Source of the DNA: Xylographa opegraphella
Lineage: Eukaryota
Length of the DNA stretch: 64,000 bases
Assembly (NCBI GenBank): GCA_022813865.1
Contig: JALDZX010000015.1
Location: 186,001 to 250,000, forward strand
Direction of reading: 5' to 3'
The notes under the pieces were generated by a model, which saw nothing but the letters and a program-made list of their open reading frames with translations, was not told where the DNA came from and did no database searches. Position 1 is the first letter of the stretch; each line of letters begins with the position of its first letter. This document shows, piece after piece, positions 53,150 through 64,000 of the stretch. Both the position numbers and the translations under genes were made by a program.

Positions 53150-54097
53150 CTCTGTTGCCACATTTTACTTGCTCGTTAATCCACCTGCTATCCTCCGATG
53201 CCAAAAATATCACAACTTGAGCCAGATAGTCATCGGTCCCAATTCGGTGAGCCGCACTGGTGATGGAAACAATCTCTTCTCTTGTCTGGACGACGGTTTC
53301 AGGCGTGACGATCTTGGGCTACTTATACAATGATCCACGGTTGATGGCATTGACTCTTAAATGGTGTTTCTTGGCCAATTCAACGACTCACTGCCTTGGC
53401 AATGGCTCGAGGGCGGCTTAAGAGGTTGCATACGTGCTCAAAACAGAAACCGGGTTCTTCGTGGCAACGGAATTGAGGTCAAGGATTCGAGGACCTTCCC
53501 GTGCGAGATGCGGAATGAGGGTTTAGACAAGAGGCGGACCCCGAAACTTAGTGTCCATAATCCTATGAACAGCTTCAACAAATGCGAGTCAGAGTTGTCT
53601 TCATGGCCTTTTATATCGTTCTCCCTAGAAAGATAATGCCGGAGACAATAAGGGAGAGACATAGCTTCAATTAATAGCCCTGACTTCATAACAATTAGTT
53701 ATGGTAGTTTTCATCACCTAATAACGATACATACCTTTGGTACTCCTCAATTGACAAATCTGCCATTGGCTGCAGTTGCGGCTGCTGATCAATGCGGTAT
53801 AGTTCACGAGAATGTCAATCTTTCCAACCTTCAGGCCTTTTCAGGCACCGTCAATAAGCGCCTTGCCACAGACCGGACTTGCAATAGCAGCGCTAACGAT
53901 CCAAGCTTACACTCCATATTTCCGCACCTCTCCCCAGCCACTTCTGACAAGGCAATTGATGCCCCAGCCGAATAGCTTATGCAGATGTTCGCACCACGGC
54001 TCGCCAGTTCCAGTGCGACATCTTTGTCCAGACCACGAGATGCACTAGTCACCAGAGCAGTTTCAACATGCAGTGAAATATTGGACAGGAGAGACAA
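53150..54097 (-). pseudogene. Classical SDR (FabG-like) pseudogene
   Basis: ALVTSASRGL...ALELASRGANI, GKIDILVN, YATS*AALE (catalytic Lys codon is TAA at 53418-53420), ELAK...RVNAIN.G, VVIFLASEDSRWINEQ. Several stops and frameshifts. Confidence 0.85.
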
Positions 54098-54649
54098 TAT
54101 CTGTGACAGGAGACAGCTGAGTAGGGATGTCTAGTAGTGGGAAATCGGCAAAAGATTCCGTTCCACAATTTCATTTCGAGACATTTGTGTATCATGAGGC
54201 CTCTTCATATGCGAACAGACTTTAAGTATTCTCAAAGAGATACTTCCTGCTATATACGAGTAGCTGGCTATACGGGAGGCGTCAATTCCACCCTGCGCTT
54301 CGATGTCAAATGTATAAGACACAGATCATCGTACGTTCAGGTAACTTTTAAGCACAGGACGTTGCTGCCAGTGTAGGCACCCTTCCACGTAAACGTATGT
54401 GCTAAGACTCAGCAGCAAATGTACCTCTCTCATGAACCATAGAGGCCATCTCTTAAGTAGCTTGCACAGTTCCACATGCAACGATGATAAACGAGACAGT
54501 TCAGGGTTATACTAACCGCTTTTGAACTAGCACCAATCTTACCCAATAGGGATTAGCATAAAGCTCGATATCGTCATGCACTGTTGTAACATTGTTCGTG
54601 TGCGCCAGCTAGGAGTGTAATTGAAGGGGCATTGTTATAATATACACTC

Positions 54650-57004
54650 ATGCCGGCGCTCCCAGTATCTACTGGTCTGACAATTACAAACCCTCTCGTG
54701 TTGTACCGTGCTCTGCTTGCCACAAAACAGATTGATCCAGATCCTGCACAGCATCGGCTGGCAATTCATCTTCAAAAGTTATACTACCGACTTAAAGACT
54801 ATGAGCCGGAGATTGAGTATAAGAAAAGGCTCGACGAGATTAGCCGTACCGTTGGAAAGATTTCAAGTGCAGACACAGATACCATCGACAAACATGCTGC
54901 ACGTAGTGAAAAGATGTTCTCCGTGTTCCGCCGGCCTCAAGATGGCAAAGATGTTCTAGCCCTCACAAAGAGATTAACAAGTCATGATTCTGCCGTACAG
55001 TTGCAATCCCCGAAAGGCCTTCTCCTCTATGGAGAGGTGGGGACTGGGAAGAGTATGCTAGTTGATTTACTTGCTGATTGTCTTCCCAACCGCAAGAAAC
55101 GACGATGGCACTTCAACACTTTCATGTTAGAGACTTTTGCTCGCTTGGAACAACTGAGACGGGATAGAATTCTCGAGACCAGTGGCTCTGGTCAAGACCA
55201 AGAGCATTCTCTTTTGTTTCTAGCACGAGATATGATCTCAAATTCTCCAATTTTATTTCTCGACGAATTTCAATTACCAGACCGCGCCGCATCGAAGATT
55301 CTATCGAATCTCCTTACATCTTTCTTTCATCTTGGTGGAGTGCTAGTGGCAACGAGCAACCGTATGCCTGAAGAATTAGCGAACGCATCAGGCGTTGAGT
55401 TTTCCCCACCTCCATCCTCGCGACTGGGTCTTCTAGGCGGTAGATGGGGACTACTTGGCTCTAATGAAGGTCGCGGAAGAAGCGAAAGCATGTTTAACGG
55501 CAAAGGAGATTTTGCTGCGTTTCTGGAAGTACTCCGAGCGCGATGTGAGATCTGGGATATGGAGGGCGAGCGAGATTGGCGTAGGCGGGAAGCCGAAGGC
55601 TCGAATCCACATGCGATCCCTGCAAACCCCGAGGAATCACCCCTGGAGGATATTATGACTTTTGACGGACTGGAGCCAATGGCCACTGGCAACTGGGGCT
55701 TGGGGTACGAACAAAGCGACCATAAAAAATCGGACGAAAATACCACCGCTCTCGCTCAAAGCACAAACCTGCCGAAGAACTATTTTGTGACCCCATCTCC
55801 ACTCTCAACAGCCGAAGAAATTGCCAATGTTAACAACACCTGGGAACAAGGCCTGCTCGATTCACTTTCGATACCAAGAATCGCAAACCAACAGTCTACC
55901 ATTCCATGGCAAAGTGCTGTGCTCCGAGTTTACGGACGTGAATTGCTTGTTCCTAGAGTGCTTAATGATGTTACTCGCTGGACCTTTTCCGAGCTGTGTA
56001 CCACTTATCTAGGCCCTGCAGATTACATATCTATTGCTTCAAACTATCATACCTTAGTGCTTACAGATGTCCCCATCCTAACACTACTGCACAAAAATGA
56101 GGCAAGGAGGCTCATCACTCTTCTCGACGCGCTTTATGAGGCGAGATGCAAACTTATTATTCGAGCTGAAGCTGGGCCTGATGATATCTTTTTCCCTGAA
56201 ACGAAGTCACTGCCTTCCGGAATTGCCTCGGAGAATAGCAGTGAGGATGGTACTTATGCTGAAACATTCAGCGAGATATATCAGGACCAGACTTCACCAT
56301 TTCGACCTAACATATCGTCATACTCATCTTCGTCTTCCACTCCTTCGTACGCTTCGTCCCCGCTGCCTTCTACTTCGTTCTCGCAAAACACCAGCAATCC
56401 CTCCCTTCGTTCTATCCTTGCTGACGAGGATTCTGACTTTGGTCCTGTATACGGCGCCGGGCGCTCTCCAGGCTCAAGTGTGCATCCTTTGGAGCCAACT
56501 TCAGAATACCGTAATACCCGTGGTCCTGGAGATGGTGCTCCTGGTGCAGGTAATGAAATAGGGGGAGGTCCCAACTTCCAACGTACTGGAATATATACTG
56601 GTGAAGATGAGAAGTTTGCGTACAAAAGGGCTAGAAGCCGCTTATGGGAAATGTGTGGCGCAAGATGGTGGGCCAGACAAGAAGCCGGCTGGTGGAAGCC
56701 GGTTGGCAGAGAAATCAGAAGGTGGGAAGGAAACCAAACCGAGTTAAATGTGGAAGACTCTGGAGAAAGGCACCATGATAATATCAACGCTGCAACGCCA
56801 GACGAGGTTGGCGAAGCGACCAACGATGATAACAAGAGCATCTTCCGACATCGAGCCAGTCCATTCCGCACGAGTCAAGATCCACCACCCAAAATTCCCT
56901 GGGTACATGCTTGGGGCATGATGACGTGGGGAAAGAAGGCTGGTGCCTGGGGAAAGGGACCTGAAGGCCTGCAAGAACGGTCAAAGGTGAAGCCAAAACC
57001 GTGA
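54650..57004 (+). CDS. AFG1/ZapE (LACE1)-like mitochondrial ATPase, intronless
   Basis: PKGLLLYGEVGTGKSML, RWHFNTFM, ILFLDEFQLPD, VATSNRMPEEL, F.ELC...LGPADY, NEARRLITLLDALYE, GEDEKFAYKRARSRL.EM. Confidence 0.95.
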   Translation: MPALPVSTGLTITNPLVLYRALLATKQIDPDPAQHRLAIHLQKLYYRLKDYEPEIEYKKRLDEISRTVGKISSADTDTIDKHAARSEKMFSVFRRPQDGKDVLALTKRLTSHDSAVQLQSPKGLLLYGEVGTGKSMLVDLLADCLPNRKKRRWHFNTFMLETFARLEQLRRDRILETSGSGQDQEHSLLFLARDMISNSPILFLDEFQLPDRAASKILSNLLTSFFHLGGVLVATSNRMPEELANASGVEFSPPPSSRLGLLGGRWGLLGSNEGRGRSESMFNGKGDFAAFLEVLRARCEIWDMEGERDWRRREAEGSNPHAIPANPEESPLEDIMTFDGLEPMATGNWGLGYEQSDHKKSDENTTALAQSTNLPKNYFVTPSPLSTAEEIANVNNTWEQGLLDSLSIPRIANQQSTIPWQSAVLRVYGRELLVPRVLNDVTRWTFSELCTTYLGPADYISIASNYHTLVLTDVPILTLLHKNEARRLITLLDALYEARCKLIIRAEAGPDDIFFPETKSLPSGIASENSSEDGTYAETFSEIYQDQTSPFRPNISSYSSSSSTPSYASSPLPSTSFSQNTSNPSLRSILADEDSDFGPVYGAGRSPGSSVHPLEPTSEYRNTRGPGDGAPGAGNEIGGGPNFQRTGIYTGEDEKFAYKRARSRLWEMCGARWWARQEAGWWKPVGREIRRWEGNQTELNVEDSGERHHDNINAATPDEVGEATNDDNKSIFRHRASPFRTSQDPPPKIPWVHAWGMMTWGKKAGAWGKGPEGLQERSKVKPKP

Positions 57005-58606
57005 TTAGAGGAAGTAGGCACGAGTCTGGTCACACTGGATCTACAAAAAGCCTCGTCTGCTGCATTCTCAAGGTCTGCCTGCTGCGGCAGCTTTCGGATA
57101 GAAATATACCTTACGACAACCGCTGATTCGGCACCTCCCCCAGACCGTGACACGTCCCACTCTACTTTGTACCAGAATCTTTCTATTTCGCTCAAGCCTA
57201 GGATTGGGTATACCAGACTGGTGACACCTCATCAAAGACTCCAAGTAGTCTGTGTAGACCTCGGACAGCTTCGTTCGTCCTACCAAATTGGGTACCTGCG
57301 GCGCTAGTTGTACCAAGAAGGTTGTGCCACACAGCTCTCTCGTGAGGTTCTTGGATATATCACCTGCTGTGTACAATGACACCGTTAAACACAAAGTATA
57401 ACATCGGGTGCGTTTGTTGTAAAATTTTATCCCTTCGTGGATCTCAGCAGTTGACCTGATCAATACCGGATCTGCATTTTTGACAAGACTTGACGAACTA
57501 CATACCAAATCAAATTTTGGTCTAGCAGAGCTCCGTTCTCTAGAAATAGCACAGAGAGAAAGGAGATTTCTGGTACTGTTCGTCAAAGAGTATATCGAGC
57601 CACACCCAATGCTTCAATATATCACAGCAGATAGTTGGCAGTCGATTTCTGTTGTGAATTGATGCATGCATTTTCGAACCTACTTATCTTTCGACATACC
57701 CTCGGACCCGCGAATATTCATTGATTTCGACTTTACAAGCTTTTCAAACACTTGATAGCGGCATGGAAGATACCAAACGCCACGTGGACATCTTGAGTGC
57801 TTGTGCCAGGAAACTTAAGCAGCTTTGGGCTTATTTACATAGCTCACAGTCTGATCCACAAGCGCGACTGCCTCTTGCACCCCAGCATTAAGTATGGTTC
57901 CCGAAACGGCGTATCATTCTTGTCTGGGTCGGAAATCGGATTCAATCAACATGATTGTGTATCTCTGTGATCAGCGCCAGTTGGCTTTGATAGGGGCTCA
58001 CGGTATCGGGTATCTCCCATACACTTTTCGTGCTTGGCACTTCCTAATATTCAACTGATAGCTTTCGTCAGGAATTCTGAGCTGTGTTCAACATGCTAAA
58101 AGAATTCGAGAGCAAAATGACGGTGTCTGGGTCTTTATTTCAGACCGTTTTCCAAATAGCATACTGCGGAGATAGCACAGTATAATGCGTGCGTGGTGGT
58201 TCGATACGAGATAGCTCGGATGAATTATGTATTTTAGTAATAACACTACTATGGAAATTTTTAAAAGTCCGCTTTGGCTTCGAGGCCTCCAGGAGGTGGA
58301 ACTCCAAAGGAAACCCTAAAAACCTGGGGATTGTACCTTGTATCACTCATCACTCCCGCGCAGCAAACAGCGGGCGCTAGTTGTATCGTTCCCGTGGGAA
58401 AGCTGCCGGTATGTTACACTGTTATTTCGCCTAGCTCGCGTTTTAACCACTAGTTTGATACGAGTAGCTCCTCGAAATTTGGGGACAAAACGTCATACTT
58501 TTATGATTTAGCTCTTGAAGCTCCATAGACATTCTTCGTCATTGCGGTTGGAGAAAAGCACATTTGATACAATCAGTAGAGCCATTTCATTGAATAAATT
58601 AGCATA

Positions 58607-60303
58607 ATGGCAACTCTATCCTCTTCCTTTTCACCCTCGGAGCAGCGAACCGCAATAATAGTCCCTGGCAAGCCGAGTGCTCTGACAGTGTCTTATCAGC
58701 AATTGAGTGCCGAAATCTTCTCATTCCAAAAGAAGCTTGCTAAGCTGGGCGTATCTCCTGGGGCTGCTGTTTCGATTGCGCTTCCTAATTCTTATGCATT
58801 CATTATTGCCTTTCTAGCTGCCTCGTGGCAACGTGCGATTGCTGCTCCACTGAATTCTGCCTACAAACAGGAAGAGTTTGAATTTTATATCGATGATCTG
58901 AGCTCTGCTCTGGCTCTTGTTCCTCAGGGGGCTTTCAAAGATGACGGAGCTGCAGTACGGGCTGCGCGCAAGTATAAAGCTGCTATAGCGGAGTGCTACT
59001 GGAATGGGCATGAAGTAGTTCTCGATGTCAAGGACGCTGGCAAGTTGTCGGGTAAAGGCAATAAGACCGTCGAGAAGGCTCGGCCAGACGACGTAGCACT
59101 CGTCTTGCACACAAGCGGAACGACAGGACGTCCTAAAGCCGTAATTATCCTTGCCCTAGCATCGTTCGCAACATCTGACTGTCCTATAGGTGCCGCTTAC
59201 ACACCGGAACTTGACGCGAACCATGAGTACGAAATGACCTGCATTGTTCAAAGAAAGATCTGTACTAATTGTTACAGAAAACATCCGCGACACGTATAAG
59301 CTCACCCCTGAAGACCGCACCCTTCTAGTTATGCCGTTGTTCCACGTTCATGGCCTGCTTGCCGGTTTCCTTGCTCCTCTTCTATCCGGAGGATCGGTCA
59401 TAGTGCCTCCCAAGTTCTCGGCGCATGATTTCTGGGAGAACTTCATTACGCACAAAGCCAATTGGTATACCGCGGTACCGACTATCCACCAAATCCTAAT
59501 CAAAAATCCTCCGCCTAGCAAAATCCCGAATATCCGTTTCATTCGATCGTGCTCATCTCCTCTGTCACCCAAAACCTTCCACGAGCTGGAGAAAGCTTTC
59601 AACGCACCGGTTCTTGAAGCATACGCTATGACAGAAGCAGCGCATCAAATGACATCGAACCCTCTACCTCCAGCCAAGAGATATCCTGGAAGCGTAGGTA
59701 TCGGGCAGGGCGTCGAGGTTAAGATTCTCGACCAGGCTGGAAAGGAGGTTCCGCAAGGCTCGGAAGCCGAAATCTGCATTCGTGGCGAGAATGTTACGAA
59801 AGGTTACCTCAACAATCCTGAAGCGAACAAGACGTCATTTACCAAAGAAGGATTCTTCAGGACCGGCGACCAAGGCAAACAAGACGAGGACGGTTATGTC
59901 ATCATCACTGGACGAATAAAGGAGCTGATCAACAAGGGCGGCGAGAAGATCAGCCCTATCGAGCTCGATAACGTTGTTGCGCAAAACCCATCCGTAGCAG
60001 AGGCCGTTAGCTTTGCCATTCCGGACGAGATGTATGGACAAGATATTGGCTTGGCGGTCGTCTTGAAGGATGGCAAGGAGATGAAGGAGAAGGAACTGCG
60101 GAGCTGGATCGCCTCGAAGGTGGCAAAGTTCAAGGTTCCTAAGAAGGTATGTCGTGCTTCAGATGACGCTACTGCGGCAGATTCACTGACGGCCTCAGAT
60201 CTACTTCACGGACAACATGCCCAAGACCGCAACCGGCAAGGTTCAGCGGAGGATGGTTGCCGAAGCCATGTCGAAACAGGAGAAGCCAAAGGCCAAGTTG
60301 TAA
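58607..60303 (+). CDS. PCS60: Peroxisomal oxalate-CoA ligase / acyl-CoA synthetase (Pcs60-like), 4 exons, PTS1 -AKL
   Basis: LHTSGTTGRPKA, PLFHVHGL, RSCSSPL, LEAYAMTEAAHQMTSNPLPP, FRTGD, GRIKELINKGGEKI, MPKTATGKVQRR, C-terminus KPKAKL*. Confidence 0.93.
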
Positions 60304-60533
60304 AGCTTGTGTGCATATATATTTGTTGGATATGAGTGTCGAGCTTCATTCATTTAAATCATGTAGTAGATGTGTACATAAAACCCTCGAGGCACCAATT
60401 CTTCTAGCCACAACGAACAAGCATAGGCCACATATTTACAAATATGCTCTCTAGAGCCTCCAAGCAATTCAGCCCTTCCCCTCTCCTCGTCCATCTCTCA
60501 TGACTATTCCCACGCTCCCCTTCTTCCTGCCCA

Positions 60534-61506
60534 TCACCGCGCTTTCACCGCTGTCTTGAACTACACCGCCGTCAGCCACCATCTCCACCACATCCCTTCA
60601 TCATCACCGTCCACCCCTCCCCCACCCACCACCTAAACCCAAAAACAAGAAGAAATGAACCCACCGGAATGATCTGCACCTTCTCCAGATCCCACACCTC
60701 GGCCGCATAGACATCCTCCCGCAGCTGGGCCAGCACCTCCTCCGCCGACGCCGCCACGGCGAGCATGACGCTGCCCTTGATGAGAGGGGGGGTGGATCCG
60801 GAGTGGGATTCCAACATGGCGCCTGCAGGGGCGGTGAGCAGGATCCTCAAATTGAGAGAGAGGAGGGAGGAGTGGTGTTTGGAAAGAAGGGGGACAAGCG
60901 AAGCGGGGATGGTAAAGCGGAATCAAATAGGACACGGCATTGGATACCCATCGATAGCTAGTGCGATAATTTGGAACGAGAGGCTAGGGGTAAGAGAGGG
61001 AGAGAAAAAAGGAGAAACAGACCCCCAAACGTCCAAAACCCAGCCTCGACCATCGGAGTCAGGTTCTGCAGATGCTGGCTGCAAACGACACGCGCACGCT
61101 GTGGTTAGCAAAAGCACTCCTTCTGCGCCTATCCATGGAGTGGGAAAAACCATGTCCACCCCGCTCGCTTGACCGCAAAGTATTCGATACCACCTTATAG
61201 CAGAACCCACGGCCCCTCCTCCCAGCGGGTGAAACCTCACAAACGAGACGGAAGGAAAGGGGAAGGGAACACTCACGGCCGCACCGCCATCCGCGCCGCC
61301 AGCGCGCCCGTCTTGTCGGGGATGATGCACAGGAACTCGTGCTTGTCGGCCATGGAGCTGAAGCGTCTCGTGGGGATGGGACTACTCGTCGGAAGGCGAC
61401 GACGGAGAGTGAAAGGAAGTGTAATGGGGGTTGGGGTGCGGGACAAATGGAAAGCCGAGGATCTCGCCAGCGGGAGACGGGGGATTGGGAAGCGGGATGG
61501 GAGCAT
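60534..61506 (-). CDS. YCII-related domain protein with N-terminal mitochondrial-type presequence, 4 exons
   Basis: Spliced HEFLCIIPDKTGALAARMAVRP|QHL...GFWTFG|GAML...KGSVM...EEVL..LREDVY...VWDLEKVQIIP|FKTAV. Confidence 0.88.
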
Positions 61507-61949
61507 GTTGGGTGGTGGAAGGGGTTGTGGAAGCTGCGGGAGGGGGGATGGGGTTGGGGTTGCGGGGAATGGAACGTAGAGCCCGGCTGCTGGGTCGGGA
61601 TATATGATTGGGGGGGGGCCGAGTCGTACGTGAATAGGTATGGTATCGTCTAGGTCTAGTGTTTGTATAGGTAGTTCGTAGAAGCTTTCGTTCTTTACGA
61701 GGGAAGGACTTCGCTGAGGTCACGTTTGATGTTCGGTCAATCCAGCATGGTTGGTCTATATTTACGGCAAACTATATCAAAAAGTTCGAGATAGCGGTTC
61801 GCCGATCGTACAGACTTTCCTGCACTGTGCCTGAGTTTGCAACGCCGAGGATTATAAGGAGGCCTCCAGAACCAAACATCGCCCCAAAGTGCCCGTGTAC
61901 CATACACAAAACACCGTGGCCCATGAAAACGCCTTGCTGAACTCAAGAA

Positions 61950-63678
61950 TCAGTCTTCCGAGGCACTGTTCTCTTCCGCTTCGACCCTTAACTCGTACGC
62001 AATGTCAAAGCACTCCGCCAGTAACGCATTCACGCTGCCTTGTCCTTCCGGGATATCGGATCCAATCATGAACTTGCCATCGGTGCGCATGTTATCGATG
62101 GAATTGAGCTATGGAGATCAGCATCTGACAGTATTCATCGATAACAAATGGCACGCGGGACGCACCTTCATACTGTAGGGGTATAGCTCCCTCGGTGATG
62201 AGACCCCTCCAGATTTCTTAACTTCAAGTAGACATCGTCGTAACGTTTGGAGTTGGTTGAAGACCGGAAGTAAAGCCTCGGAAACTGGCTCAGACGACCC
62301 GATAAGTCCATATATGTACGCATAGCTGCGCCTGATAAGGTAGAGCAGAGTCTATGTCGTGTTAACAAGCATCGGTCACGCGGAGCTGAGTCGATCTTTA
62401 CCCTCTGTGTATGAAGATCTGCTTTGTTCCCCTGTGCGTCTTCAAAATTGCCATCAATCCTGGATTCGTCTATCCTGTCAAGTTGGCGTTGGTAATTATA
62501 AAGATCCGTTTCTCTCAGTGACCACGCTTGTGTTAGCGTAAGCTTCTCAAGCTGGTTCCGAATTTCTAGCAATTTGTCGTATGTGGTCTTGAAGCGCTCG
62601 TCGATCTTTCCGTTTCTAGACAACATTCAGTATTTCTTTCAACTGGATAAGAGGAAGATGTATACTTTTCCAGGCACAAATCCGCCCAAATCAAGCATCG
62701 CTTGAGGAGATTACTGACAAGCTCTTGGCCTTGAGGGACTGTTGAATCATTTCCTAAGAACTTTCCATCCACCATCGTTGCCTGCATCTGAATGAGCTGA
62801 TCTTGAAAGGCCCGTACTTCTCCAGCTGGAAACTAATCGAACGTGTCAAAGACGGTAAAATAAACATGCACTTTTGAATTACTGACTGTGTTACGAGTAT
62901 TGCAGGCGGCCATAGACCGTAATATCGACACGAGCTTCTCATACGTCGGTACAAGCTCTGGTGACAAATTTCCCAATCGTCTATACAGCTCTTCCAAAAT
63001 AAGATGACATGTATCTAATCGATTTTCCAATAGTGTCAAGAGATGTGGAGAGTAGCTCTCCTTGCCACGCTGTAAAGTCTCCCGCATAGTAGCAAATGTG
63101 GTCTCGATTCCATCAAGATCCTTCGCCGTGTAGAAGTTTGCTTCGCTAAGGTGATCAAGAAGTCTCTGATGGAGATTAATATAAGGAGCTTTTTTTCGAC
63201 GACTGTATGGCTAGTGTATACCTTGACCGTTGAGCACATGGAGTAGCTGGACTCGGCATTAGTACGAGGAAGTGAGGGTCACGAGACCAATTTGCAACCT
63301 ACACTGCAGGCGCTTCATTATTCCGGCCAATGGTCAGAAAGAAGAGCGATATCAGTTGAAAACAATCCTCGAGAACATTGTCCACTAAATTGGAATTCTG
63401 ATCAGTCTGTTGCTCCGAAGGACTAAGCCAGCGATTGCCCTATCATATCACGGACCTCTGTTATTCTCTAGTGGCTTTTTGTGCTCTCTGCGCAGGTCGT
63501 TCAAAAGCTGAACCTGCTTGATAGTCTCATTATACAGACTCAAGACATCTTTTGACTTGATATAGGTTGACCTGTCCTGCTTCAAGAGCGATAGCTTATC
63601 CCGGATGTACAGGAGACTGTCGAGGATAGGTTGCTCCTCCGGATCGAGTGGAGCATTGACGGCTGGTGAATCACTCAT
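61950..63678 (-). CDS. DUF2408 family conserved fungal protein (yeast YPL260W/Cub1-like), 8 exons
   Basis: EQPILD.L..IRD.L.LLKQDRSTYIK, CFQLISLFFLTIGRNNEAPA, TQAWSLRETDLY, LLYLIRRSYAYIY, SEPVSEALLP, PRELYPYSMKL, IPEGQG. Seven canonical introns. Confidence 0.9.
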
Positions 63679-63955
63679 GTTGATTGGCTCAGAAAACTCT
63701 TAAGCATGTCGGTTGGCAATATGATAGAGAGGTCAAGGCCGAGAGCAATTATGTTGATCTGCAGCTGAAATCCCCAGAATCCGGAAGCGCAAACTTGGGA
63801 GGGTCCCACCTTATCTCATAGCGCGGGGAAGCACAATCTTAGCGAAAGTTACCAGCCCTACCCACCACAAATTCGACTTCGCGATATTGACATCTACCAC
63901 GACGTACCGAAAAGAACCGCAATACTGATCCCACGCACATCGCATCCGCCCCACG

Positions 63956-64000
63956 ATGTCTACCTCCGAGCTTGCCGTGTCGTACGCCGCTCTGATTCTC
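63956..64000 (+). CDS. RPP1: 60S acidic ribosomal protein P1, 5' end only
   Basis: MSTSELAVSYAALIL is the characteristic P1 N-terminus. An AGCCCTA motif lies at about 63854. Confidence 0.85.
   Translation, partial: MSTSELAVSYAALIL

Overview
This is eukaryotic DNA from an intron-rich filamentous ascomycete (Pezizomycotina-type short introns, mostly 45-70 nt, with CTRAC/CTRAY branch points). I hand-spliced about 28 protein-coding genes, mostly housekeeping. They include steroid 5-alpha-reductase-like, SWIM/RING, SET, TRAPPC13, DENN, PTAR1-like, GET1, asparagine synthetase, VDAC porin, J-protein, MetAP2, DES1, VAP/Scs2, UBX, ABM, GNAT, SDR, a Zn2Cys6-acetyltransferase fusion, MCT1, complex I PSST, a 7TM protein, TRAPPC2L, AFG1, PCS60, YCII, DUF2408 and RPP1. 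There are also three decayed genes and a ~7 kb gene-free region with local repeats. I found no rRNA, tRNA, transposase or CRISPR array. The most striking observation is that two unrelated genes (MetAP2 and the steroid reductase) each have an intron that restores the expected protein only if it ends in CG rather than AG. Both share the architecture GTRAGT...CTGAC-11 nt-CG|AC. Other notable items are three GC-AG introns, a 7-nt microexon, a head-to-head HSPA12-like/putative GrpE-like pseudogene pair, a transcription factor carrying a probably inactive acetyltransferase domain, and recurrent C-rich to G-rich skew flips inside GC-rich genes. Family assignments rest on motif recognition from memory; no database searches were run.
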